The notes below the pieces were generated by a model. That model had not been told where the DNA came from. It did no database searches and saw only the letters and a list, made by a program, of their open reading frames with translations. From assembly GCA_937974645.1 (NCBI GenBank), contig CALJVH010000013.1, forward strand, positions 10,897-74,896: 64,000 bases of DNA, given 5' to 3'. Of this stretch, positions 56,034 to 64,000 are shown in pieces; position 1 is the stretch's first letter; every line of letters starts with the position of its first letter. Origin of the DNA: an uncultured archaeon. Its GTDB lineage: Archaea > Thermoproteota > Nitrososphaeria_A > Caldarchaeales > Wolframiiraptoraceae. The position numbers were made by a program, and so were the translations under genes.

Positions 56034-57893
56034 CTATTTCGCGCTTATCCCTTCTTCGAGGGCTTCCCTATACGCTTTGTATAGGCGATCTAATAGCCTG
56101 TAGACCAGACAGATTATGATTATCGCTGTGATTGGTGCAAGGGATTTGATGGTATATGAACCCACTATTGGAAGTGTTCTGAGGCTCCAAGAGTAGGTCC
56201 AGAGAACTAGTGCGAAGAGAAGGTACGTTGTATCATTGATTGACTCTCTAATTATTGTTGATGTTAATCGCAACCTGTGTACGAGCTTCGAAGAAATATG
56301 TTCCACTAATATCCCGCTCGAGGCTATTATTTTTGAGCCGAAATAGATTATTATTGCCATCTCTACTAGCAGTAGAAGCGACGCAACTTCAAGTGTTATG
56401 GGTGCTTCCAGCACCACTATGTCGGCAAAGGGCGACAGTAAGAGCCTAGTTACTAGTAATCCGATGATTAGGCGGAAGGTATTAGCTATTAGTGTATTAA
56501 TGGCGCCTTTGGTTGTCAGTTCAACGGCGAGGTGGGGCCAAGCTTCATATCTACCCCTCCTTTGCACGAGCCACGTCCAAGTTAAGGATCCCTTAAAGAG
56601 GAGTATCAATCCCGCAGCGACGAAGATGATAGATGTGGAGGCGATATAGTATATCGAATAAAGCGGATATCCGGCTACTGCGCACACGAAAACGACGAAG
56701 AGCCTCGCGTCCCGCGTCGCCGGAATATTTCTCAAACTCTCTACTCCAATGTTTAGCCTTGAAAGCATATGTGTGGTTTGACTGACTGACACGGTTCCTG
56801 CAGCAGCAATTATGGACAGGATCATATCCAGTATAGATAAAGGCCAACACGCTACAACTATACCAGCTATAATCACGATGTCTGCAATCCTGTCCAATAT
56901 ATTGTCAAAAACCTCTCCTCGAACACTCGTAGCTTTGAAGAGGCGTGCGACTTCTCCATCAATTCCGTCGATGATTGATGCGATCTGGATCAGAAGCCCG
57001 CCGATCAGATAAAACCCCGTTGGAATAACAGCCGCGCCAATAACCGCAACGATGAAGGAGGTGAGGGATATGATATTTGGATGAATGAAAAGTCCACTTT
57101 TGTAGAGGTAGAGGGAGATCCTCGTGGAGAAATTTCTGTTTAGGAACTTGCTAACCAAGCCATCAGAAGGCTTTACAAGGTCCCTCCTCAATACTTCATA
57201 ATAGATTTCTCTAGCAGCCTCTAGGTCGCTGGGGGTGTCGATATCTCTCCATAGAAGACCGGTCACATCAACGAAGTCCACATCACTGTTCACCGCGGCT
57301 ATATTAATTGCCTCTTTGAGGGAAGCTTCCCTGCCATATTTTTTGACCGCTTCCTCCATATACTGTAGGCTGCGCGATCCACAAAAAATCACGCCCGTAT
57401 CGACCCCATGTATGGGTATCAGCTCCTTTCCCGTCATTGCTATACGCTCCTCATGTAATGAGAGTTTAAGCCCCTCTTCGGCAGTCTTCAGTGACGGCTT
57501 TCTATCGAGGCATAGTATGAAAGCCTTCTGGCTATCTTTGGCGCGTTCAATAATTCTCCTAAGCATTCGCCCTTCCATTATGTGATCTGACATCAGGAGA
57601 AGGAGAGGCGGGCTAATCTCTTTGCAACCTATGTATGCGCTGTAAAGATTTCCGAAGGGGCGATCATCCTGAATCTGGATTACGCGGAGGTCTGGATTTA
57701 TCTCCCTGAAGATGCCTGCAAAATCTGGTATGGTAACTATCGCTATATCCGATACCCCGCTGCTTCTCAGTTTATCGATTATGAACGAGAGTATTGAGAC
57801 GCCATGCTCAAGCTCCATTAGAGATTTGGGCATGTGATGTAAGTAAGGTTGGAAACGAGTGGCCCTGCCAGCCGCTAAAATAACTGCTCGCAC
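56034..57893 (-). CDS. Bifunctional CTP:inositol-1-phosphate cytidylyltransferase / CDP-alcohol phosphatidyltransferase (IPCT/DIPPS-like) with extended membrane domain
   Basis: N-terminal NTP-transferase MRAVILAAGRATRF. Membrane CDP-OH transferase signature DGIDGEVAR...G...D...D. 619 aa with about 8 TM helices. Confidence 0.65.
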   Translation of the reverse strand: MRAVILAAGRATRFQPYLHHMPKSLMELEHGVSILSFIIDKLRSSGVSDIAIVTIPDFAGIFREINPDLRVIQIQDDRPFGNLYSAYIGCKEISPPLLLLMSDHIMEGRMLRRIIERAKDSQKAFILCLDRKPSLKTAEEGLKLSLHEERIAMTGKELIPIHGVDTGVIFCGSRSLQYMEEAVKKYGREASLKEAINIAAVNSDVDFVDVTGLLWRDIDTPSDLEAAREIYYEVLRRDLVKPSDGLVSKFLNRNFSTRISLYLYKSGLFIHPNIISLTSFIVAVIGAAVIPTGFYLIGGLLIQIASIIDGIDGEVARLFKATSVRGEVFDNILDRIADIVIIAGIVVACWPLSILDMILSIIAAAGTVSVSQTTHMLSRLNIGVESLRNIPATRDARLFVVFVCAVAGYPLYSIYYIASTSIIFVAAGLILLFKGSLTWTWLVQRRGRYEAWPHLAVELTTKGAINTLIANTFRLIIGLLVTRLLLSPFADIVVLEAPITLEVASLLLLVEMAIIIYFGSKIIASSGILVEHISSKLVHRLRLTSTIIRESINDTTYLLFALVLWTYSWSLRTLPIVGSYTIKSLAPITAIIIICLVYRLLDRLYKAYREALEEGISAK

Positions 57894-58411
57894 GACCTAA
57901 ATGTTGATCTTGCTCCTCTGATATAACTCTTCACAGGCAATAGTTTTAACAATGCTAATATGTCACTTGCTAATCATGCTCGGTGCAGTCTTATAGTAAG
58001 CGTGAAAGCTTGTATTATCACGCTTCATGAACCTGGGGGGTCGTTAAGCGAATAATAATCACAGTTTAGTTTTTGGCTATCTCGTCCCCGCATTCATCGA
58101 AAACGCACCTCTCATTTAGAGAACCGAATCAGCTTTTTCTCCTCCCCGCCAGCTGATACGAAAAGAATATTAAATTTCTACATTTGAGAAAATAAGAAAA
58201 GTGATTTATGAATGAATTAAGATCGGCTATGCCGGGATAATAGTCTACAGTTTAATGGTGTTCTTTAGATCGCAGGAATACCAACTTACAAATAACAGTT
58301 GTTAATTTTATTTGAGTCTATCAAAGGCAATTAGATATTCACCGTTAGTGGTGTCTATAGATATGATTTTCAAGGCTTCAAGAGAATTTAATTGTGTTAA
58401 AGCGAGAGTTG

Positions 58412-58446
58412 AAGCCCGGCGCTCAACTTAGCTGAGCTACGGATCT
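58412..58446 (-). repeat. Partial copy of the tRNA-Lys 5' half (D-arm plus anticodon-stem 5' strand), pseudo-tRNA fragment
   Basis: rc ccgtagctcagctaagttgagcgccgggct versus tRNA ccgtagctcagccaggttgagcgccgggct. No complete cloverleaf can be drawn. Confidence 0.4.
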
Positions 58447-58500
58447 TATTCATGGACCCGAACCTCATCTCAAAACTAATGTTGCATATTTATGAAAATC

Positions 58501-58574
58501 CGGGCCCGGGGGGATTTGAACCCCCGACCCCCGGGTTAAGAGCCCGGCGCTCAACCTGGCTGAGCTACGGGCCC
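58501..58574 (-). tRNA. tRNA-Lys(CUU), intron-less
   Basis: GGGCCCG-UA-GCUC-AGCCAGGUU-GAGC-G-CCGGG-CUCUUAA-CCCGG-GGGUC-GGGGG-UUCAAAU-CCCCC-CGGGCCC-G. Confidence 0.8.
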
Positions 58575-58633
58575 CATTTTATGGGTTTTCCACAGATTTA
58601 TTTATGCTTTAGTTTTCGCGATTCTCTCTGAGC

Positions 58634-59203
58634 TTGAGCGTTATTGGCATTGATTTAGCCGGCTCTCCAAAGAGGGTTACGGGGCTCTGTTATCTTAGTC
58701 ATGATCTAGTGGTCGAGGTTTCGCGAGCTCGTTTCGATGATGAGATAATTTCATTCATTAATGAACGTAACGTTGAGGTGGTGGCTGTGGATGCTCCGCT
58801 GAGCTTTCCGAGATCTGGTAGCTTGAGGAAATGTGATGAGGAGCTTAGGAGAATTAGAATCCGTGTTCTTCCACCGGTTCTGGGAGGTATGAGGAGTCTT
58901 ACCGAGAGGGCGATCAAGCTCAGCGAGATTCTGAGATCTCGGGGGTATGAGGTTATAGAAGTATTCCCGACGGGCGCTCGTATGGTATTAGGTCTTCCAT
59001 CGAAGAGTGAGGGGGTTGATGCTCTCCGCGAAGCTCTGGCTGTTCATGGCGTAAGAGGGTTACCGGATGACGTGGATCAACATGTCCTCGATGCCGTGAT
59101 ATGCGCGCTTGTCGGCCTGTATTACCTCGAGGGAGATTACGTCGAGTTCGGGGATAGCTGTGAGGGCGTGATAATAATGCCGCGGCCGAGATCACCTGAA
59201 TGA
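58634..59203 (+). CDS. DUF429-like predicted RNase-H-fold protein
   Basis: N-terminal VIGIDLAGSPKRVTG pattern and conserved acidic residues. Assignment tentative. Confidence 0.3.
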   Translation: MSVIGIDLAGSPKRVTGLCYLSHDLVVEVSRARFDDEIISFINERNVEVVAVDAPLSFPRSGSLRKCDEELRRIRIRVLPPVLGGMRSLTERAIKLSEILRSRGYEVIEVFPTGARMVLGLPSKSEGVDALREALAVHGVRGLPDDVDQHVLDAVICALVGLYYLEGDYVEFGDSCEGVIIMPRPRSPE

Positions 59204-61051
59204 TGGCCTCTTTGAGAGGAGCTTTGGGAGCGGGAGTCTCTTGAACGGCTTGCCGCCGACCTTCTCCCTTATCTCCCTGATTAGATCCTCGAGCGTGAGC
59301 TTCTCGACGCCACCCGCGGCCCTCTTCCTCACACTTAGTAGTCCGCTCTCCTTCTCCCTCTCGCCATAGACCACAATGTAGTGTATCCACTCGATCTCGG
59401 CATCCCTTATCTTCTTATCCACGGACTCGTCCCGATCATCTATGTCTGCTCTTATCTGGACCTTCTCGAGACTATCGAGTATCTTTAGGCAGTCTTCGAG
59501 GTACTCGGGCTTTACAGGAATTAGTCTAACCTGCGTTGGTGTTAGCCATAAGGGGAGCGATGGCTTCTCGCCGCGCATCATTGCGAGATAAGCCTTCTCG
59601 AGGAGGGCGTAGATGACGCGCTCTATTGCGCCGCTGGGAGAGCAATGGAGGATTATCGGGTACTTCTTCTCGCCGCGTTCATTCACGTAGGTTATTCCGT
59701 AGGATATTGCGTTCTCCACATCTATCTGGTCGGTTGAGAGAGCCGCCGCTTTACGTTGACAATCCACGAAGTTGAACTCCCATTTCAGCACGAAGTAGAA
59801 GTAGCGCTCGCTCCACATCTCAGCCAGCACGGGCTTCCCGAACATTCTCACGAGCTCGAGGATGAAGTTCTTGTTCTCCTCATAGAAATCCTTGGTGAAC
59901 CTTATCGCCATCTCCAGGTCATCCCTCGCGAGCCCTACGCCCTCCATGACCTCGAGACTGAGGCTCAGCCTTCTCTTCATCTCCTCTTTCGCCTGCTTGA
60001 GGTCCCTACATATCGCGTGGACATCGGGCATCGTGAACGCCCTCAGCCTCTTCAAGCCAACAAGTTCTCCGCTTTTCTCTCTCCTGAAGCTGTATCTCGT
60101 GAGCTCATAGACCCTTAGAGGAAGATTCTTGTAAGAGAGATTCATGTCCTTCGCGATGAGGAATTGGCCGAAGCATGCGGCGAACCTGAGGAAGTACCTC
60201 TTGTCTTCGGTCTCAACAACATATTGCCTCGCCGGGAACTTGTGCAAATACTTTCTGAGGCTCGGGTGATTCATGTCATACATTATGGGCGTCTCGACCT
60301 CTACCCCGCCGTACTCTATCACTTTTTCCGTGACGTATTGCTCGAGGAGGCTCTTGATCAGCCTCCCCTTAGCATACCACCTTAGGTTGCCCGGGTCGCT
60401 CGCCGGCTCATGATCCGCGATCTCGAGCCTTTTCATGAGGGAGACGTGCGGCGGCTCCTCGAGAATGGCTCTAGACTTCTGGATCTCATAGCGCGCGAAT
60501 GCCTCGAGATTTTCATGGCCCCTGAAGTCGTATTCCTTCACCGGGATCATCTCGCCCTCCGGGGTGATGATGTACCAATAGGACTCAAGTTTCTCCTCGA
60601 GCAGTAGTGCTTGCGGGATCTCCTCGGTCCCTTCTCTCTCAACCTTCTCGTAGCTTCTGAGTTGCTCGGCCAGCGGATGCCCCTTGACGGCGATCACGAG
60701 CCTCTTATTCCACCCGAATGGAGCGGAGTGTACCTCGAGGTTTAGGGCGCGGGCTTCGTTCCGCATGGCCCTGAGCATTGAGAGGGCTTCGCCGGGAGGA
60801 GCAAGATCGGGGCTCAAGTGGGCGTAGGGGTATATCACGACCCTCGAGGTTCCGAGTTTTTCCGCCTGTTCCGCGAGCTCCCTAATCGCCTTCTTCGCGA
60901 GCACGGCGTCATCACCCTTCTCTATGCAGGTTAGGAGGAGGAGCGCGTCTTCAACCCTGTAGGCTTTTCTCTCGGCCTCCTCGTAGATCGAGCTTTCAGG
61001 CTTTATTGGCTCATACTCCACGTAATCCACATGAAGCTGTAGAACCTTCAT
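59192..61051 (-). CDS. thrS: Threonyl-tRNA synthetase, archaeal type with N-terminal editing domain. ORF extends to 61069.
   Basis: Class II motifs (FRREKSGELVGLKRLRAFTMPDVH), Zn-binding catalytic core, C-terminal anticodon-binding domain. Confidence 0.85.
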   Translation of the reverse strand: MKVLQLHVDYVEYEPIKPESSIYEEAERKAYRVEDALLLLTCIEKGDDAVLAKKAIRELAEQAEKLGTSRVVIYPYAHLSPDLAPPGEALSMLRAMRNEARALNLEVHSAPFGWNKRLVIAVKGHPLAEQLRSYEKVEREGTEEIPQALLLEEKLESYWYIITPEGEMIPVKEYDFRGHENLEAFARYEIQKSRAILEEPPHVSLMKRLEIADHEPASDPGNLRWYAKGRLIKSLLEQYVTEKVIEYGGVEVETPIMYDMNHPSLRKYLHKFPARQYVVETEDKRYFLRFAACFGQFLIAKDMNLSYKNLPLRVYELTRYSFRREKSGELVGLKRLRAFTMPDVHAICRDLKQAKEEMKRRLSLSLEVMEGVGLARDDLEMAIRFTKDFYEENKNFILELVRMFGKPVLAEMWSERYFYFVLKWEFNFVDCQRKAAALSTDQIDVENAISYGITYVNERGEKKYPIILHCSPSGAIERVIYALLEKAYLAMMRGEKPSLPLWLTPTQVRLIPVKPEYLEDCLKILDSLEKVQIRADIDDRDESVDKKIRDAEIEWIHYIVVYGEREKESGLLSVRKRAAGGVEKLTLEDLIREIREKVGGKPFKRLPLPKLLSKRPSFR

Positions 61052-61278
61052 AATATCACCTTCGACCACGGGCCCGCCATATGTCGCATCTTCTCAAGCT
61101 TCTGTTGCTCTCTAGTTAGCTTCTTAAATTGTTTCCAGTGAGCCTCGCAGAGATAGGCTCTTCTACTAGATCCCTTGATATTCATGCTTGAGGGGATCCG
61201 CTGCGTGGAGATTGATTTGACGGCCTTTTCCTCGCACCCCGCAACGGAGCACTTAATACCCTTCGAAATTTTTCCCAT
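61048..61278 (-). CDS. Small zinc-ribbon protein (hypothetical)
   Basis: CSVAGC...CEAHW Cys/His pattern; 76 aa. Confidence 0.25.
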   Translation of the reverse strand: MGKISKGIKCSVAGCEEKAVKSISTQRIPSSMNIKGSSRRAYLCEAHWKQFKKLTREQQKLEKMRHMAGPWSKVIL

Positions 61279-61311
61279 ATCCTGACCACCTCTTAGAAGT
61301 TTATAGGAGGA

Positions 61312-62073
61312 TTAAAGATTACTCAGCATACTGCTATCCATATGTTCTGTGAGAGGCTCTAATATGACTACGCCCTCACCTGGCCTAATGTCAAATGTAT
61401 AGATGGCTGAGTCCACCTTACTCCACCTCATCTTCCTTACGTAAATAGTCTTCAGCAACTTTCCATAGAACCTTGTCACGCCTAGGACGATTACGCCGGA
61501 TGAGAGGAACTCCTCGAACCCGAATCTGCTGAGTCTGTTAGATCCCGTCGGGATGTCGCAGGTGAGCACGGTGGTGGCCCCGAACTTCTCCTCCACCATG
61601 TTCACTATCTCCCTAAGGTATTCCCTGATCACCAGCTCCTCCCTCGCGCCGGCCGCAAGCGCCGAGATCGGGTCCAAGACTATCCTGCTAACAGGTTTGC
61701 CGGCCGCGATCCTCGCCAGCACGTCAACGAATGCCTTACTCTCCTTCCCAAATCTCTTAAGATCCTCGGCGTAGAGCCTCAGCTCGAATGGGTGGAAGAT
61801 GCCCTGCTCTATGTAGTCCCAGAGGTTCCACCCGAGGGAGAGGGCGCCCCTCAGCACGCCCTCAATCCTCTCGTCGAGCGAAATGTAGATGCAGTTCTCG
61901 TCATTCCTCAGCCCCTCCAGGAGAAACTGGAGGCTCAAGATCGTCTTGCCGACTCCCGTCTCGCCCGTGACGAGATAAGTCCTACCCCTGAGCAGGCCTC
62001 CGCCAAGCATCTCATCCAATTTGCGTATGCCCGTCGAGACCCTCTCGAAGGGCTCCATGAGTCCAGCCTTCAC
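61312..62073 (-). CDS. KaiC/RadB-like RecA-superfamily ATPase
   Basis: STGIRKLDEMLGGGLLRGRTYLVTGETGVGKT Walker A within a KaiC-like domain. Confidence 0.7.
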   Translation of the reverse strand: MKAGLMEPFERVSTGIRKLDEMLGGGLLRGRTYLVTGETGVGKTILSLQFLLEGLRNDENCIYISLDERIEGVLRGALSLGWNLWDYIEQGIFHPFELRLYAEDLKRFGKESKAFVDVLARIAAGKPVSRIVLDPISALAAGAREELVIREYLREIVNMVEEKFGATTVLTCDIPTGSNRLSRFGFEEFLSSGVIVLGVTRFYGKLLKTIYVRKMRWSKVDSAIYTFDIRPGEGVVILEPLTEHMDSSMLSNL

Positions 62074-62106
62074 GGCTAATTAGCAGGTAAAGCACCTAAT
62101 GAATGA

Positions 62107-63207
62107 TTAGGCTAGGAATTTGCCGTTCTCGTAGATCAGGTCGTTATCCCCGTAGACTTTACCTCGCCGCAGGTCGAGGATTAGGTCCCAGTGTATCGAT
62201 GACTTGTTCATTCCGCCGGTCTCGGGGTAAGCTGCTCCCAAGGCCATGTGCATTGTCCCGCCTATCTTCTCATCCAGCAGTATCTGCTTCGTGGGCCTCG
62301 TGATGCCGTAGTTTAGGCCGAAAGCCACTTCGCCGAGCCTCCTCGAGCCCCCGTCTGTCTCGATTATCTTCTTCAGCTTATCTGCTCCCTTCTCGGCCGA
62401 TGCGTCCACAACCATGCCACTCCTGAACTCAAGCCTTACCCCCTCGACCTCGAATCCACCCCATATTGCCGGGAAGCTGAAAGCTATATGGCCCTCGACG
62501 CCATCCTCTACGGGCGCCGTGAACACCTCGCCAGCCGGCATGTTATGATGACCGTCATCATTTATCCACCTTCTCCCACCAACTTTGATTAGGATGTCTG
62601 TTCCCTCCGAGACTACCCTCAGCTCATCGATCCTGCTTAGCAGGCCAGCTATATGCTCCTGCTCCTTCGCCTTCCTCCTCCACTCCTCGATCGGGTTCTC
62701 CCTATCAACCATACATGCGCCGAATATGAATTCCTCATACTCGAGGAGCCCCATACCCGCCTCCTGCGCGAGCGCGTTCGTCGGGTAGATCGTGACGTTC
62801 CAGCGGAGCTCGCCCGCTGCCTGCCTCCGCATGAAGATCTCAGTCAGCTCGGCCCTCGCAGCCCTCCTAACCCTGATCCTCTCCGGATCAATGCCTATCA
62901 AAGGCTTCGTATGGCTACTAGATATTAACGAAATGGAGACATCAATCTTTTCCTGGAAGAATTTCTCTATCGGCGATAGATGCCTCAGCACGAAGTCGCT
63001 AGCATACCTGTAGAAAATCTCATCAATCTGGCTATCGCCCAGCATGATGTGAGGATATCCTCCACTAGAAACTACTATTCTCACGAGTTCCCTGACGAGC
63101 GGCAGAGCCTCAACGTCAGCCCTGATTAAAATCTCATCACCTGATTTAACGGAGACGCTATACCCCGTTATCAGCTCAGCGAGCCTGGATACGCGGGGGT
63201 CGATCAT
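62107..63207 (-). CDS. Aminopeptidase, M29 (AmpS/PepS) family
   Basis: Domain order and conserved acidic/His clusters typical of thermophilic aminopeptidase T. Confidence 0.7.
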   Translation of the reverse strand: MIDPRVSRLAELITGYSVSVKSGDEILIRADVEALPLVRELVRIVVSSGGYPHIMLGDSQIDEIFYRYASDFVLRHLSPIEKFFQEKIDVSISLISSSHTKPLIGIDPERIRVRRAARAELTEIFMRRQAAGELRWNVTIYPTNALAQEAGMGLLEYEEFIFGACMVDRENPIEEWRRKAKEQEHIAGLLSRIDELRVVSEGTDILIKVGGRRWINDDGHHNMPAGEVFTAPVEDGVEGHIAFSFPAIWGGFEVEGVRLEFRSGMVVDASAEKGADKLKKIIETDGGSRRLGEVAFGLNYGITRPTKQILLDEKIGGTMHMALGAAYPETGGMNKSSIHWDLILDLRRGKVYGDNDLIYENGKFLA

Positions 63208-63264
63208 ACAGGAATCCTCCGCGGGCTGCGCCTTTAAGGTTTGCGAGGGGATTATGATTGTGTT

Positions 63265-63948
63265 TCAAGCCCTAAAGCTCTTTACCGCCCGGATGATCTC
63301 CCTACAGCGCTGAAAGCTTTCTTCAGCGATCGTCCCGGTCACAATTATATCCGCCCCAGCTTTAAGGGATGTGATCGCGTCCTCGGGCCTCCTAATCCCG
63401 CCGCCGACGATAATTGGTATATCAATGGCCTTCCTGACAGCTCTAATTGTCTGCGGTGGTACCGGCTTCTCCGCGCCCGAGCCAGCCTCCAAGTAAACGA
63501 ATCTCATGCCAAGATACTGTGCTGCGAGGGCATAGCATGCCGCCACCTCCCCCCGGTTCATTGGCAGTGGAAGGGCTCTCCCCATCGCTGCCACAGCAGT
63601 ATCACCCCCGAAGATCAGGTAACCCATCGGTATAGCCTCAATGCCATACTGGCTGACAAGCACTGCTCCCTGCGACTGCGCCCCTATGATGAAGTAGTGA
63701 TCTACACTATTGAGGAGGCTCATGAACCATATCGCATCCGCATACCTGCTTATGCTCGTGATATTATTCGGGAATATTATCACAGGAATTGAGATTGCCG
63801 ACTTAATGGACTTAACAAGATCATCCATCTGCGATTGGGAGAAGAATGTGGATCCGCCAACCATTATCCCATCTGATCCAACCTCCTCAGCCCTAGACGC
63901 TATCAATGAAGCTTCTTGAGATGTCGACTCCTCCGGGTCTATTAGCAA
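63265..63948 (-). CDS. Geranylgeranylglyceryl phosphate synthase (PcrB-like TIM barrel)
   Basis: GGSTFFSQ, phosphate-binding IIVGGGIRRPEDA near the C-terminus; 227 aa. Confidence 0.75.
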   Translation of the reverse strand: MLIDPEESTSQEASLIASRAEEVGSDGIMVGGSTFFSQSQMDDLVKSIKSAISIPVIIFPNNITSISRYADAIWFMSLLNSVDHYFIIGAQSQGAVLVSQYGIEAIPMGYLIFGGDTAVAAMGRALPLPMNRGEVAACYALAAQYLGMRFVYLEAGSGAEKPVPPQTIRAVRKAIDIPIIVGGGIRRPEDAITSLKAGADIIVTGTIAEESFQRCREIIRAVKSFRA

Positions 63949-64000
63949 AAGATGGATCTTCTCACCAGATTCCAGCTTATTGAGCAGGTATTCCTCAACC

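Noticed and set aside
58412-58446. Second complete tRNA gene downstream of tRNA-Lys
   Set aside because: Only the 5'-half-like segment is present. No matching anticodon-stem 3' strand, T-arm or acceptor 3' strand could be found.
1-64000. CRISPR arrays or rRNA genes
   Set aside because: No regularly spaced direct repeats and no rRNA-like conserved stretches were found. The only DNA tandem repeat is the 18-bp coding repeat at about 6120-6190.

Overview
This 64 kb segment looks like chromosome from a (hyper)thermophilic archaeon of the TACK/Aigarchaeota type. Supporting evidence is reverse gyrase, intron-containing tRNAs with non-canonical extra introns, the CdvB/CdvC (ESCRT-III/Vps4) division genes, G1P dehydrogenase and GGGP synthase for ether lipids, the IPCT/DIPPS di-myo-inositol-phosphate gene, GatDE, and eukaryote-like ribosomal and RNA polymerase subunits. 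Coding density is high and the content is mostly housekeeping: aIF5A, glnA, reverse gyrase, the L10e-KsgA-DUF655-Rpo4-L21e block, GlyRS, EndA, ProC, the HMG-CoA synthase/thiolase/DUF35 operon, Lrp, HerA/NurA, aspartate aminotransferase, TldD/PmbA, ThiL, ThrRS, KaiC-like ATPase and an M29 aminopeptidase. The standout is a compact eukaryote-type ubiquitin modifier cassette at 20876-24007: a divergent JAMM/Rpn11-like deubiquitinase, then a ubiquitin-like protein ending in GG, an E2, an E1 and a small C4HC3 RING-like zinc finger. A paralogous RING-like finger fused to a four-helix membrane anchor lies at 25316-26062, and a MoaD/SAMP-type second Ubl at 16953-17273. The Cdv (ESCRT) genes sit about 11 kb away. 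Other notable items are two paralogous tRNA-adjacent genes for a double-motif LAGLIDADG protein with an N-terminal extension, one intact next to tRNA-Thr with a tRNA 3'-half direct repeat and one decayed next to tRNA-Gln. There is a candidate restriction-modification pair, a PqqD-like (RiPP recognition element) ORF beside a gene interrupted by an in-frame TGA, and an acylphosphatase fusion interrupted by an in-frame TAG. Four tandem paralogous small proteins each pair an N-terminal beta-hairpin with a C-terminal putative winged helix, and a low-GC stretch carries ABC-exporter gene fragments. No CRISPR array or rRNA gene is present. All calls rest on motif recognition by eye; no database searches were run.
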